From: Octopus sinensis
Lineage: Eukaryota
Direction: 5' to 3'
NCBI RefSeq assembly: GCF_006345805.1
Contig: NC_043017.1
Span: 3,100,001-3,164,000, forward strand
Length of the DNA stretch: 64,000 nt
Both the position numbers and the translations under genes were made by a program. Of the stretch, positions 13,316 to 27,323 are shown piece after piece. The notes under the pieces were generated by a model that did no database searches, was not told where the DNA came from, and was given only the letters and a program-made list of their open reading frames with translations. Positions within the stretch are counted from its first letter, which is position 1. Each line of letters begins with the position of its first letter.

Positions 13316-14262
13316 TACCTGCAAGCCGGTTGGCAGGCAAGCAAGCAGCGAGGCAAGTGGGAAATTAGTTATCAACGTTAGGCAGGCATCGGTAACTTCG
13401 TTGGTGACCAGAAAGCTTGGCTGAGATAGAATTGAAGTTATTTGTTCAAGGGAAGTAACTCTAATAAATGGAGTTAATTCCCTTGAACTAGTTTTAATTT
13501 TATCAACGTTCTAGTGTTGCCCAAATTTTCATCGTTCTGTTGTCCGCTAGACCCAGCATTGGGAAAGCAGGCTACAAGAAAAAACATTCTAACGAAGCTT
13601 CTCAACATTATTTGATACATTCTTCACTTCTTTTTCTTCTCGATATTAGAAGTTCAGTAAAGTAATGTAGATATTTCTAGCTGCGTAAAAACGACTATGT
13701 CGAGGCCCCTATATTTACAGCCATTTCGAAATGGTCACTTTTTTTTTAATTCGAATAATATAAATTAGACTCCGGAACTAGGGGGTGACAGGATGATTCA
13801 TCACGAGGATACACTTTACCTGAGAAATTACAGTATCAGAATGTAGGCAAGTTTGATTCATTCAATGTCTCAGAACAGGGGTCTCACGTTAAACCGACAA
13901 TAGATGCATGGCACCCAGAGATTGGTCAGAACATCAAGACCGAACAATTCCATTACCATGTTTTTCAAAATTTTCACTCAATACACACACACACACACAC
14001 AACACACACTTACACACGCACACATACCTCCTTCTCTTGCACTCTCCTGTCTTTGAAAGAACTTTTTCTTCCCCCATTCCCTTTCTTTCTCCGTCTTCCC
14101 TCTTTGGACTTTTCTATGTTTCTGATGATGAAGAGCTCGCTCGAAACATGAAATCCTCTTCTTTTCCTTCTTTCCTGAGTGTCCAATAACACTGTACTTA
14201 TTCCACGTCCTAGCGTTATTGTTCTTTCTTGCTTGTTCATATTTGGATTAACTATATATAGG

Positions 14263-14334
<72 letters not shown>

Positions 14335-15827
14335 GTATAATATTATATATAGTCATACACACATATATTCAAACTGTTTTATATATATATAATAATAATA
14401 TAGGGAGTAAATCCAAACTTACAGGGAAAAATTAGATTTAGGATTAAATCTAATTTATAGTATAAATACATATTATATTAAATTAGAGATAAAACCACTA
14501 TTAGGCAAATCAAATTAATTGGAATTTATATTTCATATTTTATATTGTTTTATATATTTTTTAATTAATTTTATTTCTATGTATTGGCTCATGATTTTCA
14601 CTGTTTGATTTGCCTAATAGTGGTTTTATCTCTAATTTAATATATATATATTATATTATATATATATATATAATATAATATATATATATATAATAACACA
14701 CACACCACAATAGGCTCCTTTCAGTTTCCGCCTACCAGAATCCACTCACAAGGCTTAGGTCGGCCCGAGGCTATAGTAGAGGACACCATGCAGTGGGACT
14801 GAACCCGGAACCATGTGGTTGAGAAGCAAGTTTCTTACCACACGAATTTCGTGAATGTGACAAAAAGAATTTGAAGATGAGCTAAAAGGAAATAACTCAG
14901 CAGGGGCACCAAGCATGATATTCCACAAGTCAAACACTGATGCCTTCAGCGAGGTATACAGATATCTATTATCACGTACTTTGTAAAAAAAATTCGCTTT
15001 TAAATAAAGAAGACATCAAAATGCCGCAGAAAATGATTTTATTTATCGATTCACAAAGAAAAGAAATCTTGATTTCAAAATTAAGTATTATGCATACACA
15101 GAAAGAAAATATTGGCGCCAGGCACTGAACTTTTCGATATTGGTTTCAAATTTTGAACGCAAGGCCAGCTGTTTTCGCGAAGGAGTAAATCAATTACATC
15201 GACCCCAGTGTATAACTGGTATTTATTTCATCGACCACCGAAAGAATATAAGGCAAAGTCGACCTCGGTGGAATTTGAAGTCAGAACGTAAAGACAGACA
15301 AAATTCAGCTAAGCATTTTGCCCGACTTTCTAACGATTCTGCCAGGGCGCGGACTTAATCGAGTTTTTCAATATTAATATTTAAAATGCAACGTTTCTCG
15401 TGTATTGAGCGTTTTCCCTTCTCTTAAGTAACTCTTACTGACGAGTACACCATGTATGTATATTTTAATTAAGAACATTATATATATATATATACAATTA
15501 TAAATAAAAGCAAAGAGAAAAAATTTTCGTTGCCAACATGGCAAAGATAAAATTTGTTTTTGCCCTTATTTATGATTGTTTTTATAATTTTCACTTTGAA
15601 AGGTATTTTTCATGTGCTGGCCCCAGAGGTGAAATTTTATCCCTCTATATATATATATATAGTTATTTATATATATGTAATGCATACATACCCATACACA
15701 CCACACACACACACACAAACACACACACATAGATATATATATATAAGCATATATTATGGTCAGAGTTCAAATGTACATACATGGGGTACTCGTCTGTAAA
15801 CGACCTTACTATATATATAATATATAT

Positions 15828-15871
<44 letters not shown>

Positions 15872-15874
15872 TAT

Positions 15875-15905
<31 letters not shown>

Positions 15906-16275
15906 GTTTATTCACTCGACTGTAAAGTTTTGAAAGAATCGCAGGGGGGGGGGAGAGAGCTTTGTATGATTATTATGTAATGCACAAACATTTCGACACT
16001 TCTTATATAACTCTCTCTATATATTTATGTAAGCCGAACAAAAAGCGTGTCTGTATGTGTGTGCGTATACTTTTCTGTTGTGTATGTATATATAAATGAA
16101 ATTTCCTCTTAATGATCTGCATGGACACTGTATTACATTATGCAACCATAGTGTAGTACAAATTATATGAAATGATTTTTATAAGTCAATATCGTGTTCT
16201 TCTGTGTTAGCATTGCAATTAAATCACTTCTTAAGATCATCTCTACAGATTTTCTGGAGAAATTATAGCCAGCAC

Positions 16276-16281
16276 TTTATT
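16276..16281 (-). promoter_or_regulatory. Candidate polyadenylation signal of copy A
   Basis: AATAAA on minus strand about 200 nt after stop. Confidence 0.45.
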
Positions 16282-16479
16282 TGTTAGGACAAAATCTGTA
16301 TTGGCTATAATTTTTAAAGAAAATCTGTCAGGATATCCTTAACAAGTGAATTTTCTTTATGGATCATTGCAACTTATGTTTATATTCAGCCGGATTCAAG
16401 AAAATACCAATGTCACATCTGTTTGTTGTTATAAAAAACAAAGAGCGAAGTTCTTTGAGCGATACGATCGTTGGTAGTT

Positions 16480-16751
16480 TTACAAACCAAGGAGTGCTTT
16501 CCTCACTTTTGCATTGTATTCGTTAAGACCCTTGTCGTTGTTAAGATAATGTTTCGACATATCTGTTGTATAGCGGCTGGCCTTGGTCGTTTTTCCACAA
16601 GTCTCACACAGAAGGCGGAAGTAATCAGACGTATTTCCGCAGCAAAGACCGATATACTGGACTCCAATCTCTTTACAGGCATTTCCAAAGAATTTCATTT
16701 CGTCTAAGCTGCAGTGGAACTGGGACAAGTTGCTCGGGAAAGCAGACTCGC
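16480..16751 (-). CDS. BHMT: BHMT-like copy A exon 7 (terminal)
   Basis: tttttag|GCGAGTCT...; YIGLCCG motif; TAA stop at 16480-16482. Confidence 0.92.
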
Positions 16752-17891
16752 CTAAAAATTTGAAGACGAAATTAAGGAATAACGAAAAAGATACATAGAA
16801 TGCACAAATACAATATTTTAACTTTTTTTTCGCTCTCTTTACTTATTATGAATTTCTAGTCAGTAGTCATCACATAGAGCGCTATTTCATTCTTTTTAGA
16901 AACTTCCAGCATGATATAAGGTATATGAATTGAACAGTACGACTTAATGCCTCTCCGTGTTCTTTGTGTACAAGTAGCGTTTTGGTTTGGCTTTCGCGTC
17001 TTATATCGTTCAGAAATTCGTGTTTTAACCCTTCCGAGCCCTCCACATCTATTACTTTCTCTGATTTTTAATTGTTTATTTATTGTGGATAGTTTTTGTT
17101 GCATGCTAGACGGAAAGAGATTATTAGCTAAACTCTTTCCCAATGTTCAATGAACTATTTAGTAGATCAACGCTAAGCAAATCTAACTTTCTCCGTCAGA
17201 TTTCTATCGAACGGCCAAAACAGACCTAGAAGCACCCTCTACTCTCCTTCAAGCATTAGAATGATAAAATGATAAACAAGCAACAGTGGAACTCTTTGAG
17301 CCCGTAACACCGGTTTACCGGTGACTGACTTATTTTTCTCTACACCGTAGCGCCGCTTTACTGGTAGAGTGTATCTGGAAGCCACGTATATGGTCAGATA
17401 AAGTTAGGGAGGTCAGAGCTCAAAGGGTTAAGTCTCAAATCACCAGCCCGTCTGACAGATCAAATCGAACCGGTAGCGCCTCCTGGTAGCACTGCTAAGC
17501 GAAAGACATCTGGAAATTATTTATAATAGTCCCCGACCGAAAAGTCCTCCGGAACAGACTAGTCAGTCGGTCTTGGTCAACGCCCTGAGTCTCCCCTAGG
17601 ACGTCGTCGCACTTTCCCGCCAATAATCCTCTATAGACAGCTAAAGTGGAACATCCACCGAACCTATTGCCCGACTATTAGAGGGAAGTCAGCATTCGCC
17701 ACCACTTTTGCCCGACCTTTCAAACGGGGACTTTTGGCAAAAGAAATTACAAAAATAAACAAATTTGGGAGAAAATGGGGGAGGGCGGGCGGAAGTCTTT
17801 CCCTCTTTTTAACCAAATCCAGTGCTATACACACATATATATCGATGCATGTGTGATTGTTTAAGTACATTTGAATGTGGGTCTATGTGAT

Positions 17892-17934
<43 letters not shown>

Positions 17935-20107
17935 CTGTGACAATCAAATGTTTTCAGTTTCACTTTGTCTTTCTTCTCAAATGAAGTACCAACCATATAA
18001 ACATGCTGAAGGTTAACAGAACCGACGCGAGAAACAAAACCGACGTCAAATGCGAAGCCAAAACCGAAACCCGTTGAACCAGAAGAGCAGTTGTCCGTTC
18101 AATAATTGGAACCAATGAAAACAATAATAATAACACAAAGTAAGTAAAAAGAGCAAATAAAACATCAAACCTGTACAAAGATCCTTGAGCGATTGAAATG
18201 TTACCATTTTCTCATCAGTGCGATAGGTGACGGGCAAAGCTGATATTGGGCCCTGAAAATGTTAAAATGATGTTAACAGGTTGTTGCAGTGACAGGACAA
18301 AAACTTTCAAAATAAGAAAAAAAACTTTGCAGATGAAAGACAATATGTTACCTTACAAGCTTCTCTGACCCTTTTCAGGAGAGGAACCATCGCCTTTGGT
18401 CCCATGCTACAGTTGAGGCCTACAACTGCAGCTCCAGCTTCTTCGAGTTTCCTGCAAGCTTCCTCTAATGGGATATTATCCACCGTGTGATCCTTCGTAG
18501 TAGGGGCAAGGTTTATTACTGCAGGTAAACCTACAGTAAAACGTAAAACAGAATGAAATAGATTTGTGTCGGGGTTTTGTGAGATAAGTAACCCAGTTGT
18601 TTTATCAAATGAACTGGCAATTCGTTTGGTTATAACGTTAAGTGGCTGTGTATACTAGAGGCAGTTGTGTCTTGAACGTAGTTCTTTGGTAGAACCAGCG
18701 AACTACATCATGGAATGCAGCTGGGTCTTTCATTTACAAATACAGGACATCCGATGGGCTACCAAACCGCTATCATGATGCTTGGTCGAACCGAAGCTAT
18801 TGTCATTTGCTCCAGATGCCACGCAATGGCATCTTGTGGTTTCGAAGCGCACGTCTTAGCCAATCAGCCACATTTACATCCAAAATTCCATTTCCAGATT
18901 CCCATTGTACACGTTCAGCCAAAGAACGAGATTCTGGGAGATCGTCGCGCTGCTAGAAATAGTAACTGTATAGCCTTCTGTATAACAAATCCATAAAAAA
19001 ATCTAATACGTTGCTCGACTTAATATCACCCGCTGATCTTATCTACCATTAACAGAGTCCACTCTATCGTATTTAATGACATAAAAGACACGCGGTCATA
19101 TGAGATGCAGTCCAATCTCAGCAGCGCATATTCAGGGGAAAATGCTTTCCATACATTAAAGCATGGAATATGGGCCCGATTTTGCAGATAGAACCTAGCA
19201 TGGTTATTTTCCAGACATTTTTAAATGTGCATCTTATATGCCCTGAAATATGTATAACCTCATTTTCATCCACCGTACTTCGGGGGCCTTCCAAAAAGTT
19301 CCCACCACTGTTAATTCCTGTGACTGAGTCGTTTATAATAAACATACCTACATAAGAAAATCACTCACCTCCACCGTAAGCTTTAATGGCTTCCAAACAC
19401 AACATGGATTCTGCGAGTGAATAGAAAGTTTCTCCTAAAATGAAATCGGCTTTTTCTTCTTTGGCCCATATCACTTGCTCCTGAAAGTAAAATGAATTTC
19501 ACTGAAATATACGAAATATAGGTATAGGCTTGGGTGGTGCGTGTTTCCGGGTTCGTCACTGCTGAACAGAATCCCGAAATCCTTAAAAATGTTTTAGCTC
19601 GAAGGCCGCGGCCATGATTACGGGATAATTTACTTAAACATATACTCGGATTATTTTAAGCTTTGTTATTACGATTTGATACTCTTCTACCTGTTTCAGT
19701 CATTTGACTGCGGCCATGATGGAGCACCACCTTTAATCGGACATATCAATCCCAGAACGTATTCTTTGTAAGCCTAGTACTTATTCTATCGGTCTCTTTT
19801 GCCGAAAGGCTAAGTTACGGGAACGTAAATACACCAGCATCAGTGGTCAAGCGATGTTGGAAGGAACAAACACAAACACACACACACATACATATACATA
19901 TATATACATATAGGATGGGCTTCTTCCAGTTTCTGTTTGTCAAATCCATTCACAAGGCTTTGGTCGGCCCGAGGCTATAGTAGAAGACACCTGCCTAAGG
20001 TGCCACGCAGGGGAACTGAACCCAGAACCATGTGGTTGGCAAGCAAGCTACTTACTACACAGCCACTCGGAAATTTTGCAAAAGCACATCGTTTACATGC
20101 TTGTGTT

Positions 20108-20154
<47 letters not shown>

Positions 20155-20176
20155 AGTGGGAGAAAGAGAGAGAGAG

Positions 20177-20261
<85 letters not shown>

Positions 20262-21196
20262 AAATGACTAGAATAATAACAAAGCAGGTAAAAGTGAAAA
20301 CAAAGTACAACATTATGTTTGACGCCCAATGAGAGTCCCAAAAAGTGGGAAAGCCTTTGCGGTTTCGAACTCAAACCCCGCCCCAGAGTGTCTTCTATTA
20401 TAGCCTCGAGCCCACCAAAGATTTGTGAGAGGATTTAGCTGACGGAAACCGAAAGAAGCCCGTTGTATAAACACACACACACACATTAGTTAAATATATT
20501 CAATGAGAATATTATATCCTGAATTTATATTGAGTGCTCAATTGTATCAAAGTTTTAATACCTTTAAAGTATTTATATATTTAATACGAGCGATTATATA
20601 CATATATATTTTAATAATATATTATTATTAATATTAGGAAATCAATATCAGATAACTCTTCAGAAAGTTACATACATGTGAAAAGTAATTGTTGTATTAA
20701 AAATATATAAATAAATAAATATAAATATGTATAAAAAAATATATGTAAATATGCATGAGAATAAATATATAATGTATTTGACAGTTTAAAAGAGAGAGCA
20801 AATAGTTTAAACTGTCAAATACATTATATATTTATATTCATGCATATTTACATATATATTTTTAAGTGGAGTTAAACGCAGGTGTTATTTCTTTTACTTC
20901 CGACACATGTTTCGAAGATATCACTGGTATTATTTTTTTCTGTGTTAATTGTTAACAAGGGAAAAATACACACATTTATATATATATCTAATATAGGATA
21001 ACATTTTTTTCGAAAACATTAATTTTATCAATGGCCAGCATATTAAAAAAGTTCTTTTAAAGGTTAAATTTATAAACAAGGGCAACAGAAAAAATTTCTA
21101 ATGCCAAATATGTCGAAATAGACTTAATCGTCAATAACCATATAAGTTATCACTATAAGCACGTATTTCGAAGAAAACCGACAGAAATTTCTATAA

Positions 21197-21234
<38 letters not shown>

Positions 21235-24200
21235 CGGGTAATAAGAGAGTCATTGCGTCGAACGAAAATATCTCGAATTATTTGTCTTCTTTGATGTTAT
21301 ACTTGAAATGGCACGACTTTGGCAAACGAGTGAAACACCTAGAATCAGCATAAACGCCGAGCTACAGCATGGCCATGTTCAAATGACTGACAACAGCAAA
21401 TAGATCTTGCTACGTTCTCCTGGAATTAGCGAACTATCTTAGGTTGACGAGAGAAGGATGACCTCCCTTTGCAAATACCATAGGGGCACAGAAAGTCTGC
21501 CTAAAGCCAGCTGGAGACGATGTTCCCCTGGGGCTACAAGCTACAGTAACACCCACCCTTAGGGGTTAGCCGTATTGAGATGGCAAGTATGCCTCACATC
21601 TTTTCTTTATTGTATATTTCTTCGGACCAGAGGTGGACGGGAGGAGTTTTTATGTAGTTCCTCAACCTGCCTGAAATAGCAGTCAAAAATTTTCTCAATT
21701 TCACATCTTTACGTTGCTTCGAGTAATCTAGGCTGACATATACCCAAATTAAGGAATGGTCACAGCTGGAATGTCTTTGATCGTAGAACATCAGAATCAA
21801 GTTTGACTTGGAATTAAGAACATCAACAACAGTAGCTGCAGCAACAATAACAACAACAACAGCAACAGTAGCGATATTTCGAACGACTCCGCGAAACGAC
21901 ATTTGTGATTTGTGATGTCGATTCTCCTACTAAAAATAGCAGCCAAATCTCCCTCGAATTGCACCCTCCTGAATTAAAAATAAAGGTAGGCGCAGGAGTG
22001 GCTGTGTGGTAAGTAGCTTGCTTACCAACCACATGGTTCTGGGTTCAGTCCCACTGCGTGGCACCTTGGACAAGAGTATTCTGCTACAGCCTCAGGCCGA
22101 CCGAAGCCTTGTGAGTGGATTTGGTAGACGGAAACTGAAAGAAGCCCGTCGTATATATATATATATATATGTGTGCGTGTGTGTATGTGTATATGTTTAT
22201 GTGTCTGTGTCTGTCCCCCCAACATCGCTTAACCACCGATGCTGGTGTGTTTAAGTCCTCGTAACCTAGCGGTTCGGCAATAGAGACCGACAGAATAAGT
22301 ACTTGGCTTACAAAGAATAAGTTCTGGGGTCGATTTGCTCGACTAAAGGCGGTGCTCCAGCATGACCGCAGTCAAATGACTGAACCAAGTAAAAGAGAGT
22401 ATCAAATGAGCTACCTCGTGCTCGTTTTCGAGGCTTTTTGCATTTTTAGCTCTTTGATATCACACTCAGCCTGTCTCCCTGTTTAATACCACTCTCTGGT
22501 CCTTCAGAGGTCATAGCGGGGACCACTCGGTTGCAAGATTCGGGCCTTAGTTCTCTCAGTCCCCAAGGCCCTTAAAAAGGTATCCTCATCTATTCTCTTC
22601 TTTTTCCAGGATAAACGATTAAAAATATAGAAAACAAAATACACAACTTGGAAACAAATAGATGTCAACCTTAAACATAGCGTTGGCGGCATCTACAGCA
22701 TCCTTGTCGCCAGGGTTGAAAACGGTGGTGTTGTTCACGTTCCCCGCCATTAAAGTCCCTGTGTTATCAGCCACTTCGCGTGCTATTCTCAAAGCTTTTC
22801 TGTTCAACTGTTCCACTTCGTCCTCACGTCCGACTACGCTCATCTTGTGACGGTTACCATAATACTGTGGGCAGAAAAAAAACAAAACAAAATATGGATT
22901 CACAATAAAGTTGTAATAGGTAGACAGACAATATCAAAGGGTGAGAGAAATGGTGGTGGTGGTGGTGGTGCAGTGGCTGCTGCTGTTATTGAACAGAAAG
23001 GCTTCCGTAAGAGGAACCAGAGAACGAAACATCAGACTTTAATTGATAATAATTATTAGGACCTGCAAGGGAAGACACACAAACCCGAGTATGGCATGGA
23101 TAGACTATTGTAAAGTATACGATATGATACCACACTGATCGATAACCACATTCCAGGATAATAAGAACAAGGGAAATGTACGGAGGAGCAGGAATCACGA
23201 GAAGCCTTATATGGAAGAGGATGAAATGTTTGAGAACTGAACTGACAATAGGGAATCGGGTATAATGAGAGGCGAAAATAAAGAGAGGAATCTTCCAAGG
23301 GGACTTTGTGTCCCTACTGATCTTTGTGCTGGGAATGATTCCTTTGAGTGAAATACTACGGAAGACAAAGTTGGAGTATGATCTGGGAAGAGATAAGGGA
23401 AAACTGAACCCCTGGAAGACCTGAAGTTGTTCACAAAAAATGAGGCAGAACTGAACAGCCTTGTCCTGTCGGTGCGGATTTTCTAGAATGTTATTAAGAT
23501 GGAGTTCCTCTCAGGAGAGAAGTCATATGGATGCCAAGTGATGAAATGATGAAGGCAGTTAAACCTCAATCCAGTTATAAATACTTGGGAATCCTTGCGG
23601 CAGATGGAATTAAACACGACCCGAAAGAAAAGACAAAGAATGTGTCCCTGCGGCGAGGGAGAAGAATATTGGCTTCAAAGCTGAATGCCATAAACATAAT
23701 TTCGGCAATAAACTCGGACGCAGTCGCAGTCGTTCCGTAAGGCTCTGGGATCCTGAAGTGGAGAGAGGAGGAGGAGGAACTAAAGGAGATGGACAGGAAG
23801 TCAAGAAAGCTCCTAACAATGCATGGAACCCATCATCCACGTGCAGACACTGATCACTTTTACATGAAGAGAGCAAATGGAGGAAGGGGACTGATAAGTG
23901 TGGAAAACTAAACGCAAAAGAAATCCCAACAATGGCTGAGTGGACCTCGGCGGAATTTCATTTGAGAACGTAGCGGCAGACAAAATACCGCTTACCATTT
24001 CGCCTGGCCTACTAACAATTCTGCTCAATATGTAAAACTTTGAGATGCTTTTTGGTGCGCTAGTCCTGACAACAATAACATTTTAGGTCAAAAACCTGCT
24101 CGAAAAATGGAACACACAAGACGGGATCACATGTATGCAACGTGTATTCTATAGAAGCTAGACAGCTTTCTGGGTTGCGACGCATACCGTATAGGATATT

Positions 24201-24375
24201 AAGATTCCACAATGTTTAACCCGTGGGTAGAGGCAGATTATATGAATTGCGGCGATTGGGGGTGGGAAGAGATGCAATAAGAAATGCAGCGTTTGCTGCA
24301 AATTCCATATAAGGCAATATGGTGGGGTTGAAATGGGAAATGCAAAACTTGATATATATGTATGTGTGTGTATGC

Positions 24376-24426
<51 letters not shown>

Positions 24427-24613
24427 TATATTTCTATCTATATATATATATGCATATACATATAAGAGAGAGAGAGAGAGAGAGAGATACATATACATAC
24501 ATATATTTATATAAATACTTTATATATATTTATATAAATTCATATACATGCATATATTTATAGAGAAAGATAGATAGCTAGCAAGCTAGCTAGCTAGCTA
24601 GCTAGCTAGATAC

Positions 24614-24698
<85 letters not shown>

Positions 24699-26817
24699 AA
24701 CATACATACATACATACATACATATGCATACACACACATAAATATGAGGGATGCGATCAAATCTATCGCACACTAGATGTAACATCGAGTGCAGTGTTCG
24801 CTGCAACATCCATATAATACAAATGACATGAAGGAAAAAGAAAATGCAAGACTTTTTATAAATAAACTTATATATGTCGTATGTGTGTATTCCTGTGTGT
24901 GTGTGTGTATACATATATATATATATGCATATATTCATATACACATATACATACATACACACATAGAAATATATGTTACGTTTTGCTTTTTCTATTTCCG
25001 CCACGTTGTCCTTAGCTTATATGGATGTTGCAGCGAACACTGCACCCGATATTACATCGGGTGCGCAATAGATTTCATCTCTTTCCTCACATTTATGACC
25101 CTGAGTCAGTGTTTGTACATGTGATACTTGAGTGCGTGTGCAAGTACTCACATCTGTATGCGCATGTCAGCACGTGCGTGTTTATGTGTATGTGTGAGTG
25201 CACTTGTGTGTGTGTGTGTGTGTGTGTGTGTGCACACATGGATATTTCTGTGCATGTGTACGTGTGCATATGCATGCGTATATGCGTTTGAGTATGTGTG
25301 TGTGTGTGAGTGCTGTAAACGTACAGTGAAAGCCAGAACGACGTCACTTCCTGCATGGACGAATTCTTCGTGCATATTTTTGACAAGATCTGGGTGTTCT
25401 ATGACCACTTCCGGTACCATTGCACCAGATTTCAGATAGCCACGTCTGTTGAACTCGAACATGTAACCCTCCGCAGCAAATACTTTCTCCCCAGCACTCA
25501 AACGGTCTTGTAAACCTAGAAAGACAAAAAATGGGGAAGAAAAAACAAAAACAGCAACAATATTATTTAACCGAAAATATTTTGGATTGTTTTATAAATT
25601 CTTCTTTTCTTTCTTATAACATTTTGTTTTTTATTCTCTTTTATTTTCTACTTGTCATACTATCATCATATCTTCCACCCTTATTTGCTTCAGTCGTTCG
25701 ACTGCGGCCATGCTGGTGTACTATCTCGAAATTTTTTTAGTCAAATGTATTGATCCCAGTACTTATTTTTCAAAAGCTTCGTACTTATCCTATCGGTTTC
25801 TTTGGCCGAACCGCTAAGTTACAACTAATAATGCCCTACTTACGAAAAGAGAAAAATGTTTCTTGTATTCACACAGGAAAATATAAGTTCTCTAAATTTA
25901 AGTAATTGATAAATACATAATTAAATCATAGAATAGCAAAACTATATAATATAATATAATATGATACAATATAATATAATATAATATAATATAATATAAT
26001 ATAATATAATATAAAATAACATAACATAATATAATCTCTCTATATATAAATGGCAAAATGTCTGTGTGTGTGTCCTTTATGCAAATCCACAATTATTCAG
26101 TTAGAGGTCTCACACTTTCTATGGTCATTCAAAACCGTCCAAGGGTGGTCGAGCACATCTTTACATTTCCCCAGTCACCCCGCAAAGCCATTAAAAAATC
26201 AATAGAAGTGACTTTTTTGTGAATTTTCTATCCAAAACCCAACCAAAATGCCCGAAACTTGATACGCCAATTGAATGCCAGCTAGCTGTATGTGATTGGT
26301 CGGAGATTTGGACAGTACTTGCGTCTATGTGCGCATGCACGCAGCTGTATATGCATGCACTAGCACTATGACCCGGCAATAGTGCTAGTATAATATACAA
26401 CATTGATAATTTTTGACATCAAGATGTACCTCTCACTGAAGAATTTATATAAAGCCTTTGAAGTTTCAATTCCGCTAATATAATTCTATTCCTCCAAAAT
26501 ATTTACTTAACTAAACTAATAATAATGATTACACTGGCGAAAATAAATTTAAGACCGATGATAAAAGTTCTATTTCTTACAAAATATTTTGTTTCTAACA
26601 CCATACAAATTATTTCTATCTTTTATACCTTATGCAGAATTTACTTCTCTTTCGAATGATGCAGACAATAACTATTTTCATACAACTTGAAGAATCCTAA
26701 TGCCAAATAAATATAAACGTTTCAAATTTATATTAGGGTTAGCCACATTTAAGTGGCAAATATACTTCACGATGTCGTGCAGCTACTGTCTATACCTCAC
26801 TCAGAGATTTATTATTG

Positions 26818-26903
<86 letters not shown>

Positions 26904-26975
26904 TATAGATGTGTGTATATTTCCCTTGTTAACAATTAACACGGCAAAAATATATAAATAGTTACCAGGGTAGCA

Positions 26976-27006
<31 letters not shown>

Positions 27007-27171
27007 GCGCACGCACGCACGCAAAATGAAGATGTGATAGTCGCGGCTAGAAATCCTTTTGATATGATTACTGAGACCACCTATCTGCTCGATCAGGACT
27101 GACCCGGGGCTAAACAAACAAGTCAAAAAACATAACAGATTTTTTTCACACTTACTTTTTCCGGCAGCCAT
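16480..27171 (-). CDS. BHMT: Betaine-homocysteine S-methyltransferase-like (homocysteine S-methyltransferase family), copy A, complete, 7 exons, 348 aa
   Basis: Exons 27171-27156, 25515-25325, 22864-22670, 19480-19369, 18530-18352, 18252-18171, 16751-16480. All introns are GT-AG, phases are compatible, and the total is 1047 nt. Protein [36 protein letters not shown]...GETFY...GLNC...GLCCG...KALLGL carries the three Zn-ligand cysteines of the family. Confidence 0.92.
17029..17427. mobile_element. piggyBac-like non-autonomous element (copy A intron 6)
   Basis: TTAA|CCCTT...AAGGG|TTAA. Confidence 0.45.
18171..18252 (-). CDS. BHMT: BHMT-like copy A exon 6
   Basis: ttttcag|GGCCCAATA...ACAG|gtttga; [12 protein letters not shown]. 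Confidence 0.9.
18352..18530 (-). CDS. BHMT: BHMT-like copy A exon 5
   Basis: ctgtag|GTTTACCT...TGTAAG|gtaaca; contains GLNC Zn ligand. Confidence 0.93.
19369..19480 (-). CDS. BHMT: BHMT-like copy A exon 4
   Basis: tttcag|GAGCAAGTG...GGAG|gtgagt; [20 protein letters not shown]. Confidence 0.93.
19680..20067 (-). mobile_element. SINE family 1 in copy A intron 3
   Basis: Same consensus. Confidence 0.8.
21989..22400 (+). mobile_element. SINE family 1 in copy A intron 3
   Basis: Full-length consensus match. Confidence 0.85.
22670..22864 (-). CDS. BHMT: BHMT-like copy A exon 3
   Basis: cacag|TATTATGGT...TTTAAG|gttgac; YYGNRHK...NAMFK. Confidence 0.93.
23060..23906 (+). mobile_element. R4/Dong-like non-LTR retrotransposon RT fragment (copy A intron 2)
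   Basis: [42 protein letters not shown] motifs with stops and frameshifts. Confidence 0.8.
25325..25515 (-). CDS. BHMT: BHMT-like copy A exon 2
   Basis: ctttctag|GTTTACAAG...TTCACT|gtacgt; [10 protein letters not shown]...[11 protein letters not shown]. Confidence 0.93.
26035..26388 (+). mobile_element. Non-autonomous Helitron (copy A intron 1 only)
   Basis: 5' TC, 3' CTAG with terminal hairpin, inserted between A and T, absent from copy B. Confidence 0.65.
27156..27171 (-). CDS. BHMT: BHMT-like copy A exon 1 (MAAGK + phase 1)
   Basis: ATG GCT GCC GGA AAA A|GTAAGT; phase matches exon 2; conserved in copies B and C. Confidence 0.82.
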
Positions 27172-27323
27172 CGTTTCCAGTCGTTGTTCTTCGCTCTTCC
27201 TTTCGTGTTTCTCTCTTCGAGCTTTTCCTCTCTGCTGCCGTCTTCAACGCCGAATGCCAAGTGTTTCGCTCTGAGAGCAGCGTCTCTGCTAGGAAGACGC
27301 GATGCCGTCGCTCTTATCGGTTA

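Noticed and set aside
15438-15800. CTGACGA-GTAC inverted repeat as a hammerhead
   Set aside because: No matching GAAA half; at most a split relic
25838-25845. GTAAGT donor-like site in copy A intron 1 as exon 1 end
   Set aside because: No in-frame ATG; the phase-correct exon 1 at 27156-27171 is conserved in all three copies
26973-27022. (CA)n(CG)n Z-DNA-prone tract near copy A exon 1
   Set aside because: CG run is absent in B, and alternating tracts are ubiquitous here; no evidence of function
16480-27171. Recent bacterial horizontal transfer or contamination
   Set aside because: Six spliceosomal introns shared between copies and embedding in host repeats; any bacterial affinity must be ancient
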